A stretch of DNA of 63,934 nt, filler included, from Folioceros fuciformis (taxonomy: Eukaryota): assembly GCA_049999805.1 (NCBI GenBank). It is 15 parts of 15 records of this genome, joined end to end, with 100 filler letters (N's around TTAATTAATTAA, not from the genome) between each part and the next. Parts side by side here need not be neighbours in the genome. Positions count along the whole stretch, not along the records: positions 31,398 to 39,873 come from JBNGIO010005552.1; positions 39,974 to 44,235 come from JBNGIO010005553.1; positions 44,336 to 45,979 come from JBNGIO010005554.1; positions 46,080 to 53,191 come from JBNGIO010005555.1; 11 more parts are not named here. The stretch is one strand, 5' to 3'. Numbering within the stretch: position 1 is the first letter of the stretch; every line of letters begins with the position of its first letter. Positions 36,867-47,929 of the stretch are shown here, piece by piece. A program made the position numbers and the translations under genes. Below the pieces are notes generated by a model. It saw only the letters and a program-made list of their open reading frames with translations. It did not search any database and was not told the DNA's origin.

Positions 36867-37549
36867 TATGATCTAAGAGGGGTTGTAATCACTGGTTGCC
36901 CCTACCAAAAAGCATCAGCCTCTCAAAACTACCAAAAACCATCAGTGCCTCTCAACACTCTCCTCTCCTCTCTCAGATCATCCCTTTCCCTCAATCATCC
37001 TGCAACCCTTTAGAGCCTCTACCTACTTCCGGTCCTCCCACCCCCCATCCTGCTGGTCAGGGGGCCCATGACCCGGCAAAGCTGCCCATCTAGTACCCCT
37101 GAGGAGGTAACCTTGTAAACCTGGCACCTGAAAGTGACATCCCACCATCTCTTGCCGACATAATTATCACTAGGCTTCCCTCCTGCGAGTAGCACGTCTA
37201 TATTTAGACCTTCTGCCTATGAGCAGCCAAACGTGCTGCTCGCAGACAGCTAGCCAAATGCTTATCATATTATCTGGCTGCCTGTAGGAGGGGTGCGTTG
37301 CTCAGGCCCCAGTCTAGTTGCAAAAGTAGCAATGCATGGCTCACGAATGCATTCGGTGCTGCCCAGGTTGACCGCTCAAAAGGCCCACAACAGCATTGAT
37401 CCAACGCCCCCCAACAACATTGATCCCTCTGTTTCTGGAGCCACAAACCTTCTCCCAACTACCCCGCTTTGCCCAACCCGTTGAGAAACGGCCGCTCACT
37501 AGCTGCTTGAGTCACGGCCGCATAGCCCATGCCTAGCCCTTGCTCATCC

Positions 37550-39380
37550 GACCAGTCCTCCTTCCTTGCTCCAACCCAGCTACTGTTCCACTCTGATCTA
37601 GCCCATGATTCCACTAGAGTCGCAAGAGCAGCGTCTTGCCTCCCAATTGGTCTTCCAACCGTGATCCAGCCAACACCCAAATTTGCCTACCATCTGACTA
37701 CCTGCTAGCCTGCTATTGACCCGCCCACTAGGCTGCCTTCGATCTGGCCAACACCTGCCTGGACGGATCCACTTGTAAGGTTGCTGTCAGCTAGCCTGCC
37801 ATTCCGGCCGGATCCTTCCCCTGCAGCCACAACTTAGCTAGCCCGCCGACTGGCCACGGTCCAGCCAGTCGGCCTGGCTGCCTAAATTCTCCATTCCACG
37901 GCCTGCCTGGATCCCAACCAGCTCCTGGAGCCCACCAATCTGGTCTCTACCCCGCCCACCTGGTCTGGACCCGGCTTCCACCCACCTTGTTGATCTAGCC
38001 AAGCGGCCAACTCCTGGGACTCACCTAGCCAGTCGGCCTGCTGGATTCAGCCCGTAGCCTGCCTGGGTCCGCTCCTACCTCATTCGCAACCGGCCAAGCA
38101 TTGGCGCCTACCTGCAACCTGAATCAGCCGGCCGGGCCGGCTAGCTACTGGCCCGGCCACCCACCCTATTGCCTGTCCTGCTGCCGGCCCGGGCTGGCTT
38201 GCTAGCTAGGCCCTTCAGCAACTCTCCAATCTGTCAACAGTTCCCCAACAGCTGCGGTCAATGGCCTGGGCAGCCAGCCTCCAGCGCCCAGCCAAGTCGA
38301 CTATGCCCTGCCTGGCCAGTCTGCTGGCCGGGTAGATCTAGCCTGCAAGCCAGCTAGACCCGACAGCCCCCCTGCCAACCTGCGACCTGCCGGCTGCCTA
38401 CCTGCGCCGGTGCTGTGTCGCCTGCTCGACTCCAGGATCTGCTAGCCAAGTAGCTAGGCCGACTCCCGCTGCTGGCTGCCTGCCTGCAACTCGATCGGCT
38501 AGGCTGGCCACTGCCGAGCCGGTCTGGGTTGCCTGCATGCTCATGGCCCGGCTGCTTGCACCCCGCATGGCCAGTGTGGATCCAACCCAGTTGCCGGCCT
38601 GCTGACAGGCTAGGCTGCCTGCTGCCCCTTGCGCCTACAGCCAGCCGGCCCGCCCGATCCAACCCCGTCCTCAGCTTGGATCCTATCCCGGCCTGCTACG
38701 CCCGCGGATCTAGCGCCGCCCGCCTGGCCTGGATCCGACTACTGTTGAGTCGCCTGCCAGCTCCCAGACTCGGCCCTGGCCTCAACCAACCTGGATCCAC
38801 CTGCAGCCAACCCGCTGCCAGCCCTCCTGGCAGCCTACTGCAAGGCCACTTGCCAGAGGCCGCAAGCTGGCCTCCCTCCTTCCGGATTTGGCCAGGCAGC
38901 CAACCTGCTCGGCTTGGCTGCCTGCTAAACCGGTCCTCCCATAGCTAACGCCGCCGCCTGTCACCTATTCCAGCCATGCCCAGTTGGCCAGCCCGAATGG
39001 GCGAGCAGCCAAATTGCTACTCGCCCAGCCCCCTGCTTTGCCGACCAACCTGGCCACCTGGCGGGGTAGATCCTCTAGCCCCCCAGCGGCCGCCAATCAC
39101 CTGTTCCAGCTAGGAGGCCACCTGAGCCTACTAGCCAGCCAACCTAATCTGCTGGGTGGCCCGCCGGCTCCTCAACAGCCGGGCCGCTGCTGGACAGGCC
39201 GCCTGTTGGGCTGCTGCTGGCTCGGCCAGCCACCTAGACCGCCTGCCACTCCCGGATCCACCCCTGGCCAAATCCGCCAGCCAGAGCCCTGTTGCTGTCG
39301 GCCCCCGATCCGACCACATCCAAGCCAGCACCCCAAATCCCGCCGGTCTGCTAATCTGGCTAGCCGTTCCGCCGCAACCG
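37550..39380. repeat. GC-rich dispersed repeat (CAGCC/GGCC/GGATCC-rich), retroelement-associated
   Basis: 37554-37760 aligns by eye with 59655-59875; sequence of the same composition lies in opposite orientation at 46820-47925 and 51860-52210. Confidence 0.65.
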
Positions 39381-39527
39381 GGTATCTACCGTTCCAGCTA
39401 TCTTCCAAAGCATTTTATTTTGTAAAGCTCCACGCACTCTGATTACCCATATATTGTAATCATAACCACCAAATCTGTCCTTTTCCCTAAACCCTTCCCC
39501 ACCATAGCTAGATAAGGGATCAGCCAT
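39360..39527 (-). mobile_element. Copia gag N-terminal stub interrupted by the GC-rich repeat
   Basis: MADPLSSYGGEGFREKDRFGGYDYNIWVIRVRGALQNKMLWKI, the same motif as the gags at 6250 and 33961. Confidence 0.72.
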
Positions 39528-39710
39528 TTTTCCTCTTTTGTATTCTAGGTTAGCTACTCCCAAAACACTAACATACTAAAAATGACTGACCTTTATAAGT
39601 TTGTTTATCTAGACCTGAGGCACATGTATCTTTAGCAACAGAGTCAGAGAATGTTAGCAACAAGGTTAAACAAACTGTCTACAGATATGTTTACTGACCC
39701 ATGGTGCTGT

Positions 39711-39873
39711 TGTAGTGGCAAAACCCCGGACCTTGTTTGCCAACGGGTTCAACCTTTAGCGGCCACACTTATCCCATTGTCGTTGAGACATTGGGTTTCC
39801 TTCCCACGAAAGAGCGATGGGGTTTTTAGCTGCTATGGATGGAGGGTCGGACTCAATCGACTCGATGACAGAT
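39711..39873. mobile_element. LTR family C terminus (partial)
   Basis: tgtagtggcaaaaccccgg...ttgagacattgggtttc...cccacgaa shared with 39974-40194 (reverse), 42803+, 52228+ and 62703+. Confidence 0.75.
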
Positions 39874-39973
39874 NNNNNNNNNNNNNNNNNNNNNNNNNNN
39901 NNNNNNNNNNNNNNNNNTTAATTAATTAANNNNNNNNNNNNNNNNNNNNNNNNNNNNNNNNNNNNNNNNNNNN

Positions 39974-40194
39974 GACCGCCGGACAGCGAGGCCTGTCCTA
40001 CGCCTGATCGGAGCTGGAGGGGAGCCCTCGAATCCATCATCGAGTTCATCAAGTCCGACCCTCCACCCACAGCAGCAAGGAACCCCATCGCTCCTTCGTG
40101 GGAACGAAACCCAATGTCTCAACGACAGTGGGATAAGTGTGGCCACTAAAGGTGGGACCCGTCGGCAATCAGTGCCCGGGGTTTTGCCTCCACA
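39974..40194. mobile_element. LTR family C terminus (reverse orientation) nested in a Copia RT
   Basis: Reverse complement of the 62703-62823 copy; ends ...ctccaca at 40194 and is followed at once by RT coding sequence EMTDQGELQFCLGIQI. Confidence 0.8.
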
Positions 40195-41083
40195 GAGATG
40201 ACTGACCAAGGTGAGTTGCAGTTTTGCTTGGGTATCCAGATCTTGAGATAGTGTGACAGAGGTGTTATCATTTTACATCAGACAAAATATATTATGGAAA
40301 TTCTTAAGCGGTTTAATTTAGCTGAAGCAAGACTAGTTACCACGCCTTTAGCAGTGGGAGAGAAATTAACAGCAGAACAATCTCCTCAAAGTGCTGGAGA
40401 ACTTACTGATATGGCTGCTGTTCCATATGCTGAAGCCGTTGGTTGCCTGATTTTTCTTGCTAATTGGACCCGTCTGGATATCTCTTATGCAGTAAGTATT
40501 GTCTCTCAATTCTTGAAGGCACTTGGACGAACACACTGGTCAGCTGTTAAGAGAATATATCGGTATTTAAGAGGCACACTAAATTGGGGACTTCACTATA
40601 CAGCTAGTGGAGAAAATAAATTTACACTTACCTCTTTTGCTGATGCTGATTGGGCATCGGATTCAGACACTAGAAAAAGTCTGTCAGCGTATTGCTTTAT
40701 TTTGGCTTCAGGTGTGGTTAGCTGGAGCTGTGAAAAACAAACATCGTTAGCTTTGTCCTCCACTGAGGCTGAATAGAAGGCTTTGACTGACGCATGTAAA
40801 GAAGATGAGTGGGACCGCCAATTTTTGGATTCTGTGCATCAGACACAAGTTGGCCCAACTCAGCTTAAGTGTGACAATATGTCTGCCATAGCCTTGGTGT
40901 CAAATCCCTCGTACCAAGCATATTGAGCTCTACCATCACTACATACGAGATGTAGCTGAGCGGGGACTGGTTAAAGTGGAATACGTGAGTATTGAGGACA
41001 ATACTGTTGATCTCCTTACGAAAGGATTACCTAAGCTCAAACATTACAAACACAGTGCAGCCCTTAGGCTGCGAGAGTTTTAA
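40195..41083 (+). mobile_element. Degenerate Copia RT C-terminus and RNase H
   Basis: PYAEAVGCL...TRLDISYAV...KRIYRYLRGT; FADADWA; SWS...ALSSTEAE*; CDNMSAI; DLLTKGL. Confidence 0.9.
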
Positions 41084-42802
41084 GTAATTGGAAATACTAC
41101 CTAAATTATGTGCTGTGAGCTCGGCAGTGACATATGACCACAAAACAAAATTATGGAGAATTAGTAACCTATAGATTCTAAGCTGGGTTCCTTATATGGG
41201 CAGAGCCTAACTGGTGTTGTTCAGGTCAGGCCCTGTCCCCTTCTCACTGCTAATCTGCACATACTCCTGGATGCTTTAGGGTTTAGTTTTTTCTTGTAAC
41301 CATTTTTCTATATGTAGCTGTTCAGAGGGGTTAGCATAGTGGATGAAGCAGGCAGGAATAATTCAATCGTGTGTTTACCAACTCTGGACAGTGCTTGTTG
41401 TGATGAGAATCAACGAGTATAAAAAAAAAAAAATTGAAACCACAACAACATACAAAGAGAACGAACCGTGGATTCAGATGGCAACAAAAACGGGTGTGTG
41501 GCAAACTTTCTTACAATTTCATGGAGTGATCACGGCTCCGGTGTCTCCGTCTGGTGGTGCTTCCTTCTCCCTCCTGGGTTCCAGCCACATGGTCATCTCT
41601 TTGATCATGTGAACAACCTCGATTTCCTGCAGTGGAAACATGCGAGGATGTGATGGAGGTGCTGATGCCAGGAGATCCCGGAGCTCCAGTGATCGAAGCT
41701 TGGCAGAGTGGAGGAGCTCCATGAGTTCTTCCACCTTCTGAGCTGTTTCGAAGAGGTGAACAATCTAGTTGCGGTCTGCTTGGGTCGGCCACCATTTCTT
41801 GCTTGAAGTCTCATCCCCGCTGGCGCTCCCTTTGCATGGATTTGATGCTGGACTGTTTTGGCTAGTTGAACGCCTGCGTTTCTTTTTTGTGTCTGCCATG
41901 GAAGACAATTGCTGGATCAGAAGGTGCTGGGGATAGGAGGATCAGCCCGTGCCAGCCCGTAGCACAATTCCTTAGCCCAGTGATAGGCCGACAGCTCGCG
42001 CTCCGCGACAGCCCATGCCTTCCTTGAGTGCTGGATTGAGATGCATGGGAGCATTGGGATCAGCCCGTGTTCTTATGCTCATCTTGGTTCGAGAGGAGAG
42101 ACAGCCCGCACCATTCCGTGCCAGCCCGCGCCAGACAGACACAATCACTCCTCGTTGGTTGGACAACATCGTCCCGTTCTGAATTGCTGGCCGGACTCCT
42201 CACAAGGGCATCGCGATGTCCGGTGTGTGGATCGTGGCATGTGGTTCATGGTGGTGTCTATGCAGTGAGTCTTTCGTGAACGGGGTTTGCACGTGTGTGA
42301 GTAGGCGTCTCGCGTGCAAGTTTAATTTGTCCGTTCGCCCGTTGCCTATTTTGCTTCCCTTGCTTGTTTGCCATTTCACCGCTGATTAAGTTGGGTAATT
42401 ACGTTTACCCTTAAGTTAATTTATTCATTTAACCTAAGCTTAGGTTAAGTAGGAGTGTTAGTAATAAAGGGTTATTTTAATATAACCTACCTTAGGGTTA
42501 ATTAACCGTAGTTATGAAAGACACTTTGTATAAATTGTACTTTTTTTTATGTGAGTTTAATTAATTTTGTTATTATGCACTAGCTCTTTTCTTCTAGCAC
42601 AAGTCCTTTCACCACACTGGTTACAATCCCTTGGGCCGCCTTGGTAGCTCCTTCCAAAGTAACTCTTGTGTAGAACTGGTAGTTGGGAGGTAACTTAGCC
42701 CTCCCAAAGGATGTCTAGATCGCTTTCCTCATGGGCTCTGGATCCGTAACTTATTTGTCAATTAAGTCCTCTAGGACTACAGAACAAGGTAGGGCTCTCC
42801 AT

Positions 42803-43745
42803 CACTATCGTTGAGACATTGGGTTTTGTTCCCACGAAGGAGCGACAGAGTTCCTCATTGCTATGGATGGAGGGTCAGACTTTCTTCACGCACAGCCCAC
42901 AATGGGCTGCCAGCCACTAAGAACACGCACCAAGGACAGTATTCCTATGGTTGGACAACCCTCGCGACTTTAGCACACATTTACACTCACAATGATGGAT
43001 TTGAGGGCTCCTCTCAAGCTCCAATTAGGCGTAGGATAGTCCTCGCTGTCCAGTGGTTAACTGCACCTCTCCCAGTGCTAACATACGCACTACAGCCACT
43101 ACAAACACAACTAACTCTACGACTTTCCTTACTCACTCATTTGCTCACTCATTCTAGCATCAACAGCAACAAGACTATACTCTATACATTCCTGTCGACT
43201 CCCCCACTTGGCAAGAGCCACTCAACTAAACTAACCCCAAAGAAAAACATACCACTTCCCAAGATCCAACCAAACACAATGCAAGCATGGCCGGCACACA
43301 ACTCTAATCTTGCAAGGAAACAAGAGGGATAGACCACAGGAACACAATACAAATAGCACGATTAAGAATAAAGGGCCCAATCCTTAATCCTAGCCACTAC
43401 TTCTCAAGGCTTTACCAAACATTGTGCAACACACATACCCAGCACACACTGCTTCAACTAAGCAGGGACACCAAGAGAGCGAGAATCAAGTGACAAAGCG
43501 GGTTCAAGAGGCTTTTAGTCTCTTATAGGAGCCTCCTCACTCTAGTCCTACTTCCTCTCTTTGCAAGGCGACTACTACGACATGTCAACTAAACTAGTAG
43601 ACTATCCTAAACTACTAATCTAGGTTACCCTACCCTACCGTCAACTTAATGAGCCACCAGCCCCCTTGTCGACCCCACCAACAACCCTTGCAGACCATTG
43701 GTTGTTGACTGACCTTCAAGATTTGGTGGGCGTCGTCTCTTGATT
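42803..43745. mobile_element. Older, diverged LTR family C copy
   Basis: Shares ttgagacattggg...cccacgaaggagcga...ggatggagggtc and downstream blocks with 52228-53191. Confidence 0.65.
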
Positions 43746-44335
43746 GTTGGATGGTTGCCTAAAAAGTCTTCCCCCGCAACTACCCACATGATGGCTAGGT
43801 CTACCTTGAGGCCAATCACCTTCTCTCTTGTAACATCTCCCATAATAGCTCCCATGGCGGTTGGCACGCCGCCTTCATGGGAGGAGCATCTTTTAGTTTG
43901 TTAATTTAGTCTTAAGATGATGTTCTATGGGCCCATGAACGGTAGGTTAGACCTACCCAAGATGTGTTAGTAGTAATAAGAACACAATAGAAGAGGTTAG
44001 TGGTTGCAGGAGCTAAGCTCCCATCGAAGAAGGTTAGCATAGCAATCAAGTAAGTGGTCCACTCAACTAGCCAGCAAAATTGGTAGCTGCCAACAGGTCA
44101 AAAACAACCCAAAGGGGTAGTGGACAGTCATATAGTCCTAAGGTGGAAGTTCCTTGGTGTTAGTAGAAGTAGTGGGAAAAGAGAGGAGAAAGGACTAGAG
44201 AGGAAGTGGTTAGCAGCTAAAACTAGGCTTGGAAANNNNNNNNNNNNNNNNNNNNNNNNNNNNNNNNNNNNNNNNNNNNTTAATTAATTAANNNNNNNNN
44301 NNNNNNNNNNNNNNNNNNNNNNNNNNNNNNNNNNN

Positions 44336-44658
44336 TCCATAAGTATTCTCCCTTGCAAGACGAGCATACTTTCATCCCCCTTGCTCTTGAGACTCATGGA
44401 GCTATGGGCAAGGACTTTTCAAGGTTTATCAAGGAGTGCGCCGAGGTTTATCAAAGCAACAGGAATGGTGTTCTCCCTCTTTCCTCTGTGGTGGCCTTCT
44501 TTCGACAACGTGTATCCATAACTTTGCAACGAGTATTGGCCAATGTAGTTTTTAGAACAGCAACAAGCGCAGGTCAAGCGGCTTCTTCGGCACCGGTGGT
44601 AGGTAGGTCTTTTGTTATTCCACATCATGACATTTTGGGAGCAGTAGGTAGTTTTTGA
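44336..44658 (+). mobile_element. 3' end of a non-LTR retrotransposon ORF with restriction-like endonuclease (CRE/NeSL-type)
   Basis: HKYSPL...FIPLALETHGAMGKDFSRFIKECA...FFRQRVSITLQRVLA fits the K..KY / F.P...ET.G..G / R.S..LQR C-terminal signature of REL-encoding elements. Confidence 0.68.
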
Positions 44659-45468
44659 AAACGATATTCGCAGGGCAAAGTTCCTCTTTTTGCCTTTGGC
44701 CCTAATGGGGTTGTTCCTCCAATCTTTGGAGTAGATGAGACTTTCCATCTCTTTTTCAACCATAGAAAATACTCTTCCATTTGAAAAAGTTTGGGCAACA
44801 CATCTATTTTCCATAAGTCTTTTCTATTCTATAGTGGTCTAGTACTTTCCAAGAGGCATTAGACTCTTTGAGGGTTAACCATTTTATGGTTTGAAGATCT
44901 ATTAAGGTCACTCCACTGAGGTTTAAAATGTTTGAGCTTTAATCATTCCATGGTTCTAAGACCTATTAAGGTGATTCCATTGTGTTTTACATTCTAATTT
45001 AATCATTCCAGTTCTCTAGTTCTTCTTTCCACACACAATAAAGACTTCATTTTTCATTTCCCTTTTCTATGTGAAGGCATGGTTTATTATTAAAAGCATG
45101 ACAATAAACAATTATTCCTTAACAACCGTGTAATAGGGTAGATTCAAGGAGGTTTGGGCAAAGGTACGCCTAAAGCTGGATCGCAATGCATAGATTTCAG
45201 GAGGTCTAGAATGAGGTGGTAGGAGGATTGTTCCATAGTCTGATTGTAGAAACAATAAGACGATAACAATCATATATGTATATATGATTCTTCTACATTG
45301 AACATATAGCTGTGCATTGATTTCCAAAGGTCGGCCATCTTCAATCAACAAGTACCATTACACGTCTTTCGACGCACTTCTTACACTGTGCTTTAACAGC
45401 ATGCCATGTGGCATGCCCATGCCCTCAACTCAAGGATGCCGCGCCCTTCACGTCCATCGTGCCTTCAC

Positions 45469-45486
45469 TCCCCGGCAACGGCGCCA
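45469..45486 (-). promoter_or_regulatory. Primer-binding site TGGCGCCGTTGCCGGGGA (tRNA-Asp type, as in Athila-like Gypsy elements)
   Basis: Plus strand tccccggcaacggcgcca lies 3 nt from the LTR A terminus at 45490. Confidence 0.85.
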
Positions 45487-45489
45487 AAA

Positions 45490-45979
45490 TGTGGAGTGAT
45501 TTCTTGCACACCCAAGAACCACCAAGGGGCCACACTTCCCCTTATTATCGTTGTAGTCTTATGATTCGCTCCCAAGGGAGTGAACTAATGTCAAGGTTAC
45601 CTACATCTCCCTAATCTCACCCTATCTATCAGCATATACCAAGTGCTCCAGCCATAGGTCAGAATTCTCGATCCTGTCTTCGGCTCCTACCACAACACTA
45701 ACCCCAGCCTCAACAAAATGAGAACTCCAGCATTGTCTTCAACCCTCGTTTCCAACTCCAAGTATCAATCACTTCAGTGCTGAGAGGAGGCTCCAGCCCC
45801 AAGTCTGGCCTCCAACTCTCAGTACCTAGTGCTAGCTACCTGCGCAGCTGAACGAGAACCTCAACTTCAGCTAGCTCCTCACTCCAGCTCCAACACTTCA
45901 GTCCACCACTTCAGCACTTCAGTCCTTCACTTCAGCACTTCACTTCACCCTCCAGCCCCTCACTTCAGCTCAACTCCTC
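45490..45979 (-). mobile_element. LTR family A, 5' LTR (partial)
   Basis: tgtggagtgatttcttgcacacccaagaacc...tcgctcccaagggagtgaact homologous to 35476 and 60937; adjacent PBS. Confidence 0.82.
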
Positions 45980-46079
45980 NNNNNNNNNNNNNNNNNNNNN
46001 NNNNNNNNNNNNNNNNNNNNNNNTTAATTAATTAANNNNNNNNNNNNNNNNNNNNNNNNNNNNNNNNNNNNNNNNNNNN

Positions 46080-46409
46080 ATATTATTCTATTATTGTTAA
46101 TTATTTAATATTATATATCTTTAATTAATATTAAACTAATCACCTGATCTAGACTCAAACTTTCCCAACCCTATGGCCCGGTACCGGACCTAAACTTTCT
46201 CAAGTCTGGGACCAGACCTGTACCCACTTTAATAACCAAACCAACTATTTCCTAGTCAATTAACCTAATTAGCACAAAGAAAAATAGGAAAATGACCAGA
46301 AAATAAAGAAAAATTAGGGAAAAGAAGTTGAAAAAGAAAACCAAACCATACCACTATTAACCCTTTTTCAACCAAAATAAACTACTACCCCAAACTTTGG
46401 AGGTTCACA
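46080..46409. mobile_element. LTR family B terminus (partial)
   Basis: Closely similar to 59080-59412, ending ...ccccaaactttggaggttcaca. Confidence 0.8.
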
Positions 46410-46819
46410 CCCAGACCGAGTCCTTTCAGGGAGGGGTGGCGTCTTCGCCTGATAGCGTCCCAACCAACCTCAGTGCGCCTAAGGGAAGGAAAGTTGAGGA
46501 GATGGAGGCGCTGGACACAGTTGGGCAGGTTGTCGAGGCCCAGACAAAGCAATTCCTGGCAACATTCATAGCTCCGATGGATGAAGAATCACACGACTTT
46601 TTTCTGCTAAACATCACAGGTGCGGGTGGGGAAGGTAGTGCACAATCAAAGCTGGATGTTGCTAAGGATCCCTCAGGGGTTTTCTTGCAAGGCGGTTCCT
46701 GGAGGCGAGGTGGGAGCGGGTTAGAGTCTGTCATGAAGCCTGCGGCAGACTTTGTGAGAGTAGCCAAGGTGCCACTGGTTTGGATGTTTCAGTTGGGGGA
46801 GAAGAGATCTCGCATATAG

Positions 46820-47925
46820 AGCCTGGGGCAGGCTAGTGGTGGGCAAATCTAACCAGGCAACCAGCCCGGGCCAGTAGCAGCAGGGCCGAGGAAGGACTGG
46901 TGGCTGGATCATCTGACAGGCCTCCGGAGGGAGAGCAGGCCAGCTTGTGGCCTCTAGCAGGCGGATACTACCAGTGGCAGACCAGGCAGGCGGATCCAGG
47001 CGGCCAGGTTGGCGACAGGCTGGCTGGCAAGCGATCCTGCAGGCGGATCCGACCAGACAGCCGCCTGGTGGAGGCCGGCTGGCTGGAGGAGATCATGGTC
47101 GGTAGGGCGAGGAGCAGGGAGCCCTTCCAAAGCAGGTACCCGCCTGGCGGCTGGCGGTTGGCTCAGCAGGATCTAAGGGGGGGCTAGTTGCTTGGCCAGA
47201 TCTATGAGGACAAAAGGCCGGTGTGCAGCCTCTGGGCGAGCTGGTCGCAGCCGGGCCAGACAAGGGGGAGCGTAGCAGGGTCAGGGGGCAAGGTTTGCGT
47301 GTGGCTAGGGGAATCGGGTGGCCGGGCTGGTCGGCAGCTAGACTGGCTGCAGGAGAATTCAGCCAGATAGCCGGGCCAATCCAGCTGGCTGGCGTGCGAG
47401 TCTGTAACAAGGCGGAGGTTGGCCGGGGGAGACAGCTAGGCTTGGGCAGGCTTGGTGGGTTGGATTTAGCCAGCCAGCGAATCAACTTGGCTGCAGCTAG
47501 AGGCGGATCCAGGCAGGTCGAGGAGCGAAGGATTCAGCCGGCCAGGCTGACTGGCTGGACCGTGGCCAGTCGGTGGGTTGGCTGAGTTGTGGCCGAGGTC
47601 ATGGTGCAGGGGCCTGGCTAGGTCCAGGCAAGCCGGCCAGATTCGGACCAGCAGCGCAGGCAGGCTAGGCGGGTGCGGTCGGCCTGGCAGGACGCTGGAG
47701 GCGGGCTGTTGGCAAGGCGCTCCAGGCATGGTAGGCCGGGGCAGGGCTAAGGCAGGCCGTATGGCGGCGAGTTAGCCGGATCTAGAAGGAGGGAGGCCAC
47801 CTTGCAACCTCTGGCAGGCGGCCGGAAGCAGGTGGTAGGAGGTCGACTTGTGGGCGCATGGCAAGCTGGCTGCGGCTGGTTGAGTTGGGGTCGACTGGCC
47901 AGGGGAATTGAAGGTGGACGGGAAT
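46820..47925. repeat. GC-rich dispersed repeat (G-rich orientation) fused directly to Copia pol
   Basis: Dense ggctgg/ggatcc/gccgg motifs, with an abrupt compositional switch at ~47925 into pol sequence. Confidence 0.6.
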
Positions 47926-47929
47926 TGAA

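Larger units (their letters stand above)
35476..37139 (-). mobile_element. LTR family A (~1.66 kb), 3' LTR of a minus-oriented Gypsy-type element inserted into a Copia LTR
   Basis: TG...CA termini (tgtggag...gtgaca); homologous to 45490+ and 60937-62260; PPT-like purine tract (minus strand gagatggtggga) at 37140-37151. Confidence 0.78.

Noticed and set aside
37459-39442. Many 60-150 aa Pro/Ala/Gly/Arg-rich ORFs here and at 46900-47800 and 59975-61009
   Set aside because: Overlapping on both strands, low complexity and motif-free; expected by chance in GC-rich repeat DNA.
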